Shown here: in pieces, positions 17,371-25,802 of the stretch
How positions within the stretch are numbered: the first letter of the stretch is position 1
Layout of the letters: each line of letters begins with the position of its first letter
Assembly: GCF_052107835.1 (NCBI RefSeq)
Contig: NZ_JBQEDF010000012.1
Span: 161 to 64,160, forward strand
DNA: 64,000 bases
Direction: 5' to 3'
Source of the DNA: Corynebacterium sp.
GTDB taxonomy: Bacteria > Actinomycetota > Actinomycetes > Mycobacteriales > Mycobacteriaceae
Translations under genes and position numbers: made by a program
Notes under the pieces: generated by a model
Seen by the model: only the letters and a program-made list of their open reading frames with translations
Database searches by the model: none
Told to the model about the DNA's origin: nothing

Positions 17371-17636
17371 CAGTCGCGCAGACAGTCTACGTCGACACCT
17401 CCGCTGCCGGAGTGCTACTGATTGACCGGCCCGAGAGTGGAGCGCTGCTGGACTGGCTGGACCGTTCCGTGTTCCGGAGCGCGGGACTACTGCCGATGAG
17501 GTCTCTGCGCACCCTCGATGCCCTGCACCTTGAGGCCGCTCTACGCCTGGACGCCGCGGCCCTTCTCACCTACGACCACAGGCTGGGTGAGGCCGCCCGT
17601 GCCGTGGGGCTGGACGTGATCGCGCCGGGAACCTGA
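17367..17636 (+). CDS. PIN-domain (VapC-like) toxin, abnormally short (89 aa), probably internally deleted
   Basis: VYVDTSAAGVLL (first acidic PIN residue), then LRTLDALHLEAA and LTYDHRLGEAARAVGLDV (C-terminal PIN motifs). About 35-40 aa between them, including the conserved Glu segment, appear to be missing. Confidence 0.6.
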   Translation: MTVAQTVYVDTSAAGVLLIDRPESGALLDWLDRSVFRSAGLLPMRSLRTLDALHLEAALRLDAAALLTYDHRLGEAARAVGLDVIAPGT

Positions 17637-17660
17637 ACCGGTGCCGGCGTGTGGGGGCGG

Positions 17661-18965
17661 TCAGTCGCGCACTGGGGTGATCAGTCGTGCGGTCACGCCG
17701 CTGCCGACCCGGCCGGATCGCCCTCCCGTGGCCTTCGGGTCGGTGACTCCGGGCAGGAGGACCAGCGTGGAGCCGCCGGGGTGCCCGTCCTGCAGCCGCT
17801 TCGCCACGGCGAAACCGTTGACCTCGGGAAGGTGGGTCAGGTCCACTGTGCGGTCCGCGATGATGTGGTCCACCGTCCCGAACAGGTTGCGTGCCTGTGC
17901 GGGGACGGGACGCTGCGGGGTCTGTGCGGTGCCGTCAACGATGCCGGCGTCGGTCAGCCGTGCCAGTGCAGCCAGGCTGATCAGTGCCTGCTCCAGCCAG
18001 CGCCACAGCAGCACCCCGTCCGCCCCGCCCCGCTCGTCGACGACCGACACCCGGGCGAGTGCCTGTGTCCCCAGGATCACGTGGGGCACCCCGTCCACCG
18101 GACGCACCGGGCCGGTCACCGAGATCTTCGCCTCACTGACCTCCACGGTGGCGTCCGGTTCGACCGTGTCCCGTTCGGCGTCCACGGAGGCGTCCAGGAG
18201 CGAGGCGGTGGCGTCCACGATGTCCCTGACCACCGGGGCACCGGTCAGGAGCTCGGATTCCGTGGCGCCGGTATGCGGCACGGAGGCGGAGAACTGCTGG
18301 TCGAGGCGTCCCACCGTCCGTCGTTCCGGGGCGGTGCGGGCACGCAGCGCCACCGTGTCAATGGGGTGTCCCGCCGCGGCGCGCGCGATGACCACCGCGG
18401 CGGCGAGGATCTCCTGGTGCCCGACACCGAGCTGTGGGGGGAGCACATCCAGCAGTGCCTCCGCGTCGCTGACATCGAAGGTCTTGTAGGTCGCCGGACC
18501 GCCACCGTCGATGGCGGCGGGCGGGACGTCGGCGGCGAGCCACGGCCAGGAACCGACGGGCCCCACGCTGCCTCCCGACAGCAGTGTCCTGACGTCCCCG
18601 ATGACCGTGGCCCACGATGCCGCGTCCACCACGCCACGGTGCACACAGACCAGGATGCGGGTGGGTGAGAGGTAGCTGACGCGCCACACCAGGCCCGCCT
18701 CCGGATCCATCGAGGCCGCCAGGACGCCGGGACCGGACCTCTCTTCCGCGATCACGTCGTCCGCGGTGACCAACGGTTCCTCCGGGACGCGCACCGTGGT
18801 CCCGGCGACCACCGCCCGCAGAGCCCCGTGGGATGCCATCATCGCCGAGACCGTCCGCCGCAGCGTGGCGTCCGGCACCGGCTCGTCCGCGTCGATTGCC
18901 CCCCAAAGGGCGGCGGACGGCGGCACGGGGGACGCGGTGAACTCGGTGGCGGTGGAAGGGGACAT
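17661..18965 (-). CDS. Free-standing condensation/epimerization-like protein with a degenerate active site (VHRGVVDAASW instead of HHxxxDG)
   Basis: 434 aa. Its N-terminal part (LRRTVSAMMASHGALRAVV...) is paralogous to the X region of the NRPS (LAEAAATMMAAHGVLRAVL...). The DxxSW motif is retained, but the second (catalytic) His is Arg. Confidence 0.7.
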   Translation of the reverse strand: MSPSTATEFTASPVPPSAALWGAIDADEPVPDATLRRTVSAMMASHGALRAVVAGTTVRVPEEPLVTADDVIAEERSGPGVLAASMDPEAGLVWRVSYLSPTRILVCVHRGVVDAASWATVIGDVRTLLSGGSVGPVGSWPWLAADVPPAAIDGGGPATYKTFDVSDAEALLDVLPPQLGVGHQEILAAAVVIARAAAGHPIDTVALRARTAPERRTVGRLDQQFSASVPHTGATESELLTGAPVVRDIVDATASLLDASVDAERDTVEPDATVEVSEAKISVTGPVRPVDGVPHVILGTQALARVSVVDERGGADGVLLWRWLEQALISLAALARLTDAGIVDGTAQTPQRPVPAQARNLFGTVDHIIADRTVDLTHLPEVNGFAVAKRLQDGHPGGSTLVLLPGVTDPKATGGRSGRVGSGVTARLITPVRD

Positions 18966-19000
18966 GGCACCGAACGTTACATGGACATATCGTTGTAAGT

Positions 19001-19921
19001 ATGGCTACGAACAGCTGGACCGACAAGGACATCCCCGACCAGTCCGGCAGGACCGCCGTCGTCACCGGGGCCAACAGCGGCCTCGGTTTCGAGACGTCCC
19101 GGGCACTGGCGTCCAGGGGTGCGCACGTTGTCCTGGCCGTGCGCTCCACCGACAACGGTGAGGACGCGGCCGACCGGATCAGGCATTCGGTGCCGGACGC
19201 CGAACTGACCGTCCAGCAGCTGGACCTGGCCTCGCTCGACTCGGTGCGCGAGGCGGCAGATGTGCTGAAGCAGACCTTTCCCGCGATTGACCTGCTGGTC
19301 AACAATGCCGGGGTGATGTACCCGCCGAAGCTGGAGACCGCCGAGGGGTTCGAGCTGCAGTTCGGTGTGAACCACCTCGGCACGTTCGCCTTCACCGGTC
19401 AACTGCTCGACAACGTGCTGACGGTCCCGGACTCGAGGATCGTCACCGTGTCCAGTGTGGCGCACCAGATGCGCGCCGAGATCCACTTTGATGACCTGCA
19501 GTGGGAGCGTTCCTTCGACACGGTGGCCGCCTACGGCCAGTCCAAGCTGTCGAACCTCCTGTTCGCCTACGAACTCCAGCACCGTCTGAAGGCCGCGGGC
19601 GCGGACGCCATCTCGGTGGCCGCGCACCCCGGGGTCTCCGACACGGCATTGTTCCGCTACCTTCCCGGACCGGTGCAGAAGGTGTGGCCGGCGGTGCGTC
19701 CAGTTGTCTCCCAGCCCGCGGCGAAGGGGGCGCTGCCGTCACTGCGTGCGGCCACCGACCCGGACGTCTTCGGCGGGCAGTACTTCGGTCCCCGGGGTCC
19801 CGGAGGCTTCCGGGGTGCCCCGGTGGTGGTGTCCTCCACCGAACAGACCCATGACCGGGACCTGCAGCGGCGCCTGTGGGACGTCTCCGGGGAACTGACC
19901 GGGGTAACCTTCCCGGTCTGA
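19001..19921 (+). CDS. Short-chain dehydrogenase/reductase (SDR), retinol-dehydrogenase-like subgroup
   Basis: 306 aa with TAVVTGANSGLGFETSRALASRGAHVVLAVR (TGxxxGxG), NNAG, and Y..SK in AAYGQSKLSN. Confidence 0.85.
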   Translation: MATNSWTDKDIPDQSGRTAVVTGANSGLGFETSRALASRGAHVVLAVRSTDNGEDAADRIRHSVPDAELTVQQLDLASLDSVREAADVLKQTFPAIDLLVNNAGVMYPPKLETAEGFELQFGVNHLGTFAFTGQLLDNVLTVPDSRIVTVSSVAHQMRAEIHFDDLQWERSFDTVAAYGQSKLSNLLFAYELQHRLKAAGADAISVAAHPGVSDTALFRYLPGPVQKVWPAVRPVVSQPAAKGALPSLRAATDPDVFGGQYFGPRGPGGFRGAPVVVSSTEQTHDRDLQRRLWDVSGELTGVTFPV

Positions 19922-19939
19922 GCCGGCCGTCGCCGGGAA

Positions 19940-20959
19940 CTACAGCTGCGGCCCGAGTTCCGGGTCCTGCCCGGTCAGCGCGGCGCGTCCGATGACGGCG
20001 AGCTTGTCACGGCGGCGTTCGTGCAGGGTGTGGGTGCGCAGGTCGCGCCAGTGACGGTCGAGGTCACTGTTCGCCGCGGTGCCGCGGGTTCCGGTGAGTT
20101 CGAAGATGCGGGATGCCAGGTCCACGGTGAGTCGACCGGTCGTCACTTTCGCCGCGGCGACCTGCAGGGAGACGGTGGCCGGATCCGCGTTCCCCTCCCA
20201 CAGGTCATCCAGCGCCCGGCCCGCCTTCTCGACCACGGCCTCGGCGGCGAAGCGTTGGGCGACAAGTTCCCCGGCGAGATGGGCGGTCAGGGGATCGGGG
20301 TCGGCGGAGGCCGTCAGTTCCAGCGTCGCGTCCAACGCCGCCCCGGCGATGCCGACGTCGATCGCTGCATGCAGGAGCTGAGCGAAGACACCGTAGCCGG
20401 GGAGGGTCAGCGCATCGTCGAAGGCACGGACGTCCTGCTCGTCGACGGCGACGTTGTCGAACTCCACCGTGCCGGAACCGGTGAACTCCTGGCCGAGTGC
20501 GGACCAGTCGTCCACCACCCTCAGGCCGGGAGTGTCAACCGGGAGGAACACGCCGAGGCTCTGGGTGTCCTCGCCGGGACGCCGGGCGGTGACCACGACG
20601 ACATCGGCGTAGATCGAGCCGGTGCAGAAGATCTTCCGGCCGTTGAGCACGCCGTCGTCGAGGATGACGGGCTCACGTTCGGCCTGGGCGTTGGCGATGA
20701 GGGTGCCGCCGAGCAGCCGGTCCGCCCAGTGTTGCTCGGTGCCGGGATGGGATCCGTCGAAGAGCCAGCGGCTGAAGGTCATGTGGCTCTGCGGGATCTG
20801 TCCCAGGGAGCCGTCCCCGCCGGCGAGGATGCGGAACGCCTCCGCGATGGCGGAGGCGGGGTACTCCGGGCCGCCCAGCCGGGCGGGCACCGTGGCGGCG
20901 AGCAGGCCGGAGTGTTTGAGCCGGATGACAGCGTCGGCGACCTGTGCGGCGCGGTTCAC
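19940..20959 (-). CDS. Acyl-CoA-dehydrogenase-fold flavin monooxygenase, SfnB/DszC-like (short N-terminus)
   Basis: 339 aa from GTG 20959 (GTGA overlap with the sfnG stop). Contains LKHSGLLAATVPARLGGPEY and GRKIFCTGSIYADVVVV...VDDWSALGQEFTGSGTVEF. The ORF-track N-terminal extension overlaps sfnG in another frame. Confidence 0.75.
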   Translation of the reverse strand: MNRAAQVADAVIRLKHSGLLAATVPARLGGPEYPASAIAEAFRILAGGDGSLGQIPQSHMTFSRWLFDGSHPGTEQHWADRLLGGTLIANAQAEREPVILDDGVLNGRKIFCTGSIYADVVVVTARRPGEDTQSLGVFLPVDTPGLRVVDDWSALGQEFTGSGTVEFDNVAVDEQDVRAFDDALTLPGYGVFAQLLHAAIDVGIAGAALDATLELTASADPDPLTAHLAGELVAQRFAAEAVVEKAGRALDDLWEGNADPATVSLQVAAAKVTTGRLTVDLASRIFELTGTRGTAANSDLDRHWRDLRTHTLHERRRDKLAVIGRAALTGQDPELGPQL

Positions 20960-22050
20960 GCGTTGACGTCGGCCGTGGTGCGGGCGCGCAGCGGCTGGAT
21001 GATCTCCTCGCCGAAGCGACGGACTTCCTCGTCGAAGTGCAGGTATCCGGTGAGGATCAGATCCGCGCCCACGTTGCGCAGCTCGTCGATACGCTCCTCG
21101 ACCTGTTCGCGGGTGCCGATCAGGCCGGTGCGGAAACCGTCGTTGTACTGCACCAGGTCCTCCAGCGTGGAGTCCGACCACATGCCCTTGCCGTCCGAGG
21201 TGGACTGCCCGGCCTGCTTCACGGACTGGCGGAATCCCTCGACCGCGCCGTGGCTGGCGTTGTCGACGATGTGGCGCAGCTTGTCGTGCGCCTCCTTCTC
21301 GGTATCCTCGAGGATGACGAAGCCGTTGACGCCGATCTTCGTCTCGCGTCCCGCCTCGTCGGCGAAGCGTTTGACGTCCTCGATCTGGGCCTTGACCTCG
21401 TCGACAGGCTTGCCGTTGATGAAGTACCAGTCGGAGTAGTTGCCGCCGTTGAACTGGGCGGCGGTGGAGTTCCCGCCCTGGAACAGCTCCGGGGCGATCT
21501 GCGGGTGGGGGCTGATGGAGTAGTCGTGCAACCGGTAGAAGTCACCCTGGAAGTCGGCGTGGTCGCCCTCGAAGATGGCGCGCAGGACCTGCAGGAATTC
21601 ACCGGTGCGCCGGTAGCGTTCATCATGCTCCAGCCACGGCTCACCGAACTTGGTGAACTCGTCCTTCAGCCAGCCGGACACGACGTTCAGTGCGATGCGC
21701 CCGTTGTAGAGCTCGGACGCGGTGGTGGCGAGGTTCGCCAGCACGGCCGGCTGCCAGAGTCCGGGGTGGACGGCGGCGATGACCTTCAGGCGCTCGGTCG
21801 CCTCCAGCAGGGAGAGCGAGAAGCTCACGGACTCGTGCTGTGACTCGGCGCCGTAGGATCCCAGGTAGCGGACCTGGGACAGGGCGTAGTCGAAGCCGAC
21901 GTCCTCGGCGTTCTTCGCCAGTTTCCGGTTGTAGTCGATGCCCCAGTCGGTGCGCTGCTCGACCTCGGAGACCACCAGGCCCCCGGAGACGTTGGGCACC
22001 CAGTAGGCGAACTGGAGATCCTGCGGCTGTGTGATGGATGAGGTGGACAT
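20956..22050 (-). CDS. sfnG: FMNH2-dependent dimethylsulfone monooxygenase (LLM family)
   Basis: 364 aa. FAYWVPNVSGGLVVSEVEQRTDWGIDYNRKLA...ALNVVSGWLKDEFTKFGEPWLEHDERYRRTGEF matches my recollection of SfnG closely. Confidence 0.85.
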   Translation of the reverse strand: MSTSSITQPQDLQFAYWVPNVSGGLVVSEVEQRTDWGIDYNRKLAKNAEDVGFDYALSQVRYLGSYGAESQHESVSFSLSLLEATERLKVIAAVHPGLWQPAVLANLATTASELYNGRIALNVVSGWLKDEFTKFGEPWLEHDERYRRTGEFLQVLRAIFEGDHADFQGDFYRLHDYSISPHPQIAPELFQGGNSTAAQFNGGNYSDWYFINGKPVDEVKAQIEDVKRFADEAGRETKIGVNGFVILEDTEKEAHDKLRHIVDNASHGAVEGFRQSVKQAGQSTSDGKGMWSDSTLEDLVQYNDGFRTGLIGTREQVEERIDELRNVGADLILTGYLHFDEEVRRFGEEIIQPLRARTTADVNA

Positions 22051-22057
22051 ACGGTGA

Positions 22058-22624
22058 TCAGAGCTCCCCGACGGTTGAGACCTGGGACCCGTGGAACACC
22101 AGCGGGGTCTCAGACGGTGCCTGCTCGCGGACGCGGTCGACCTGGAGGATCGCGGTGACGTGGTCGCCGGTGTCCAGCTCGTTGATGATGTGGCCGGTCA
22201 GGTGCACGGCGGAGTCGCCGACCAGCACGGCCCCGCGGTCGTTCTCCCAGTCGATGTCGTCGAAACGGTTCTCGATGGGGCCGGCGAGCTGCCGGACGAG
22301 GTGCTGGTGGTTGCGGGTCAGGACGGAGATGCCGAGGTGCTCCGCGTCCTTGAGCAGCGGCCATGAGCGGGAGGACTTCTGGATGCTCACGGCAACCAGT
22401 GCGGGTTCCAGCGAGAGGCCGACGTAGGAGCCGACGATCAGTCCAATGGGCTGACCGTCGATGACGGCGGCGACGGTGGTGATCGGGGTGGGGATGGACG
22501 CCCAGGCGCTGCGCAGTTCGGTGGGCGAGAGCTGTGCGTCGGGACCATGGGCGGCGATGGCTGTGGGGTCGGCGACGGAGGCTGCCGCTGCGGCAGCGGT
22601 CTGTGAGTCAAGCGAAGAAGTCAC
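22058..22624 (-). CDS. NAD(P)H-flavin reductase (flavin reductase-like domain)
   Basis: 188 aa with ...GLIVGSYVGLSLEPALVAVSIQKSSRSWPLL...FDDIDWE... GTG start with the SD AGGAGA 6 nt upstream. First gene of the sfnG operon. Confidence 0.8.
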   Translation of the reverse strand: MTSSLDSQTAAAAAASVADPTAIAAHGPDAQLSPTELRSAWASIPTPITTVAAVIDGQPIGLIVGSYVGLSLEPALVAVSIQKSSRSWPLLKDAEHLGISVLTRNHQHLVRQLAGPIENRFDDIDWENDRGAVLVGDSAVHLTGHIINELDTGDHVTAILQVDRVREQAPSETPLVFHGSQVSTVGEL

Positions 22625-22680
22625 GATCGGTCTCCTGGTGGGGTGCGGGTGCGGTGGGCTACGTCTTCAGTGTCAACAAG

Positions 22681-22696
22681 TAGACCATACGGTCTG
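22681..22696. promoter_or_regulatory. McbR-type operator candidate (TAGAC-N6-GTCTA)
   Basis: TAGACcatacgGTCTg, 9/10 to the C. glutamicum McbR motif. On the minus strand it lies just upstream (4 nt) of a TTGACA hexamer (22671-22676), about 55 nt upstream of the flavin-reductase start. Confidence 0.5.
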
Positions 22697-23139
22697 TTCC
22701 ATGGGCCAGGATTCCCCAAAGGGGTGAATGGAAGGTGTTCCGGGGTCAGTCGGGGTCAGTCGGCGGGCTTTAACCGGACGGAGGACCACTCGTCCGGCTG
22801 GGAGATAGTGGATGTGTGCCGGACGCGACAAGGGCCCCGGCTGGATCGAGGTCGGCGCATCAACCGTCGGCAGGGAAGAGTTCCCCGGAGAATGGGTAGC
22901 GGTCGCGCTGGACGTCAACCATGCCGTCACCCGGGGCTCGTCATAGGGAGGGTGCCCGTCGGTAGATTCTCGGCTATCCGACGAGGTTCACGTCGACTAT
23001 TCGTCGTGGTTGTGCCCCCGGCACGTGACTGTCGAAGGGACATGACACAGGTGAGGCGCTCCAGGTTGGTTTTGGACCATCGGACCAACATGGAGCGCCA
23101 CATCCTTGACAGTCGATCATGGCGGCGCTGGGGGTGGTT

Positions 23140-24402
23140 CTAGCCGTCCTCGCCGCGCACGCCGGCGCTCCAGGCGTAGGGCAGGGCGGTGCCGTCACCG
23201 TCCAGGGCGAACCGGCCGATGGCCTGCTGCTTGTAGACCGCCGGGTTGTGGACCGCCAGCGTCCGCGCATTGCGCCAGTGCCGGTCCAGGTTCAGCTTGT
23301 CCGAGGAAATGGAGGCGCCACCGGTCTCGAAGATCTCGTTCACCGCGTCCAGCACCAGCGGAATCAGGGAGACCTGCGCCTCGGAGGACGCCAGCTCCGC
23401 GGCATCGATCTGCTCGTCCGTCCCACCGAAGGCCACAGCTACCGCATCCGCCACAGCCAGTGCCGTGGCCCGTGCGGTGAACGCCGCGGAGTGGACCCGG
23501 CCCAGTACGGCCTGGACCAGCGGGTCCTCCCGGGGCAGGTCAGCGGGCGCGTGGGTGTACGTGCGGTCACGACCCTGCACCCGGTCGCGGGCGTCGTCGG
23601 CGGCGCGCCGGGCGATGCCGGCGAGCGCGACCAGGTGGAAGAGCTGCCGGAACGAGGTGTCGGGGGTGCGTCCGGGCGTCCCGTAGCCGCCGGGGGCGAT
23701 CTGCTCCGGCGCAACCTTCACCTCGTGGAAGATCGTCGTGCCGGATCCGGTGAGGCGCTGGCCGAAGCCGTCCCAGTCGTCGATCTGCTGCACGCCCTCG
23801 CCGTCGGCGGGGACATTGACCGCCACACGCTCGCCGTCGAGGTCGGCGGACACGCTGATGATGTCGGAGAACAGGCTGCCGGTGCTGTAGTACTTGGTGC
23901 CGTTGAGCAGGTACGCGCCCTCATTCTGCGGGTCCGGGGTCAGGCGGGTCTGGTAGCGGTCCACCGCGCCGTGCCCGCGCTCGGAGATCGCGTTGCCGAA
24001 CAGGACGCCGGACGCGACCTTGTCGAGGTTCTGCTGTGCCGCCGCGGCGGCGTCCGGATCCTCCGACTGGGCACCGAGCAGGAAGCTCTCCACGCTGTAG
24101 AAGTGCACGCGCAGGGCCTGGGTGATGTTGGAGTCGGCGACGGCGAGGTCGGTGAGCAGGGAGAACGTCTGGCGCACGCTGGCGCCGAAGCCGCCCTGGT
24201 CCACCGGGAGGCGCAGGCGTCCGAAGCCGGAATCGCGCAGCAGACGGACCGCCTCGGTCGGCAGTTCACGGTTGGCGTCGCGGTCGGCGGCGCCCTGGGC
24301 GATGCGGTCGAACAGGGGCTGGAAGACCTCGGAGAGGGAGGCGTCCGTGGGTTCCTCGGGTGCCTCGGTGGCGGAGAGGGTTTCGGGGGCGGTGGTCGTC
24401 AT
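23140..24402 (-). CDS. Acyl-CoA-dehydrogenase-fold flavin monooxygenase, SfnB/DszC-like
   Basis: 420 aa with ...YLLNGTKYYSTGSLFSDIISV...IDDWDGFGQRLTGSGTTIFHEV... ATGA overlap with the upstream NtaA-like gene. Confidence 0.8.
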   Translation of the reverse strand: MTTTAPETLSATEAPEEPTDASLSEVFQPLFDRIAQGAADRDANRELPTEAVRLLRDSGFGRLRLPVDQGGFGASVRQTFSLLTDLAVADSNITQALRVHFYSVESFLLGAQSEDPDAAAAAQQNLDKVASGVLFGNAISERGHGAVDRYQTRLTPDPQNEGAYLLNGTKYYSTGSLFSDIISVSADLDGERVAVNVPADGEGVQQIDDWDGFGQRLTGSGTTIFHEVKVAPEQIAPGGYGTPGRTPDTSFRQLFHLVALAGIARRAADDARDRVQGRDRTYTHAPADLPREDPLVQAVLGRVHSAAFTARATALAVADAVAVAFGGTDEQIDAAELASSEAQVSLIPLVLDAVNEIFETGGASISSDKLNLDRHWRNARTLAVHNPAVYKQQAIGRFALDGDGTALPYAWSAGVRGEDG

Positions 24403-25802
24403 GATGGGGCTCCTGTGGTTGAGATGGTTCGGGCGTTGGCGGCCGGGTGGGTGTCAGAGACGTGGGGCCCGCGTCCGAAGAGTTTGTGGCGCAGCGTCCC
24501 GTCCCCGTAGGACGTCGGGTACTCGCCGCGCTCCTGCAGGACGGGCACGACATGGTCGATGACATCGCGGAAGGTCCCGGGGGTCACCGCGTAGGCCAGG
24601 TTGAATCCGTCGATGCCGGTGGCGTCGACCCAGTCCTCGAGCTGGTCGGCGACCGATACCCCGGAGCCGACAACGACCGGTCCGAGTCCACCGATACCAC
24701 CGAACTCGGCGAGTTCGCGGACGGTCCACTGACGGCCGTCCTCACCGGCGGACTGCTGGAACGCCGCCACCGCCGACTGGATCGCGTTCGACTCGATCCC
24801 GGCGACGGGGTCATCGAGGTCGAACCGGGAGAAGTCCACGCCCATCCACCCGGACATCAGGGTCAGTGACCCCTCATGGTCGATGTAGTTGCGGTACTCG
24901 GTGGCCTTGGCCTGCGCCTTCTCCTCGGTCTCGTCGGTGATGACGGTGAACAACGCGTAGATCACCACGTCCTGCCGCGAGCGTCCCGCGGCCTCCAGCT
25001 TCTCTGTCAGCGTCGCGACAACGCCGGCGAGCTTCTCCTTCGTGGGTGCGGCGACGAACACGGATTCGGCGTGGTCGGCGGCGAAGGTGCTGCCGCGGTC
25101 GGACGCCCCGGCCTGGAAAATGACGGGGGTGCGCTGCGGCGACGGCTCGGAGACGTGGATCCCCGGCACGGTGTAGTTCACCCCCTCGTGGTTGATCGGG
25201 TGCACCTTCGACGGGTCGGTGTACACGCCGGTCAGCGGGTCGGCGAGGACCGCATCGTCCTCCCAGGACCCCTCCCACAACTTGTAGAGCACCTCCAGGT
25301 ACTCGTCGGCGTGGTCGTAGCGGGCGTCGTGGTCGAAGGTGTCGAGCTGACCGTGGGACTGGGTGTTCTCCGCCGCCGAGGGGAGGTACCCGGTCACCAC
25401 GTTCCAGCCGAGCCGACCGTTCGTGAGGTGGTCGAGGGTCGTGATGCGGCGGGCGAACGGGAAGGGGTGCTCGAAAGCTGTGCCGGTGGTCAGGCCGAAT
25501 CCGAGGTGCTCGGTCACCGCGGCCATCGCCGATACCAGCGGCAGCGGATCATTGACCGGGACCTGGGTGCCGGCCTTCAGGGCGGCGTCCGGTGACGCAC
25601 CGTAGAGGTCGTACAGTCCGAGGACGTCGGCGATGAAGACGCCGTCGAAGTAGCCGGTCTCCAGCAGCTGAGCCAGTTCGGTCCAGTAGGACAGGTCGTT
25701 GTACCGGTGAGCCTGGTCATCCGGGTGGCGCCACAATCCGGGGGACTGGTGGACCACGCAGGTCATGTCGAAGGCGTTGAAGCGGATACGGCGCTGGCTC
25801 AT
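24399..25802 (-). CDS. FMN-dependent monooxygenase, NtaA/SnaA/DszA (LLM) family
   Basis: 467 aa with RFNAFDMTCVVHQSPGLWRHPDDQAHRYNDLSYWTELAQLLE...FDGVFIADV, the family N-terminal signature. Confidence 0.85.
   Translation of the reverse strand: MSQRRIRFNAFDMTCVVHQSPGLWRHPDDQAHRYNDLSYWTELAQLLETGYFDGVFIADVLGLYDLYGASPDAALKAGTQVPVNDPLPLVSAMAAVTEHLGFGLTTGTAFEHPFPFARRITTLDHLTNGRLGWNVVTGYLPSAAENTQSHGQLDTFDHDARYDHADEYLEVLYKLWEGSWEDDAVLADPLTGVYTDPSKVHPINHEGVNYTVPGIHVSEPSPQRTPVIFQAGASDRGSTFAADHAESVFVAAPTKEKLAGVVATLTEKLEAAGRSRQDVVIYALFTVITDETEEKAQAKATEYRNYIDHEGSLTLMSGWMGVDFSRFDLDDPVAGIESNAIQSAVAAFQQSAGEDGRQWTVRELAEFGGIGGLGPVVVGSGVSVADQLEDWVDATGIDGFNLAYAVTPGTFRDVIDHVVPVLQERGEYPTSYGDGTLRHKLFGRGPHVSDTHPAANARTISTTGAPS

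Noticed and set aside
19001-19921. The SDR as the EntA-type 2,3-dihydro-2,3-DHB dehydrogenase of the siderophore cluster
   Set aside because: At 306 aa, its sequence resembles the retinol-dehydrogenase/WW-oxidoreductase-like SDR subgroup rather than the ~250-aa EntA/DhbA type. No entB or entC partners are nearby.
22643-23143. 166-aa plus-strand ORF filling the 515-nt gap in the sulfur island
   Set aside because: The translation is extremely Arg-rich with no SD and no homology recalled. The region is treated as non-coding.
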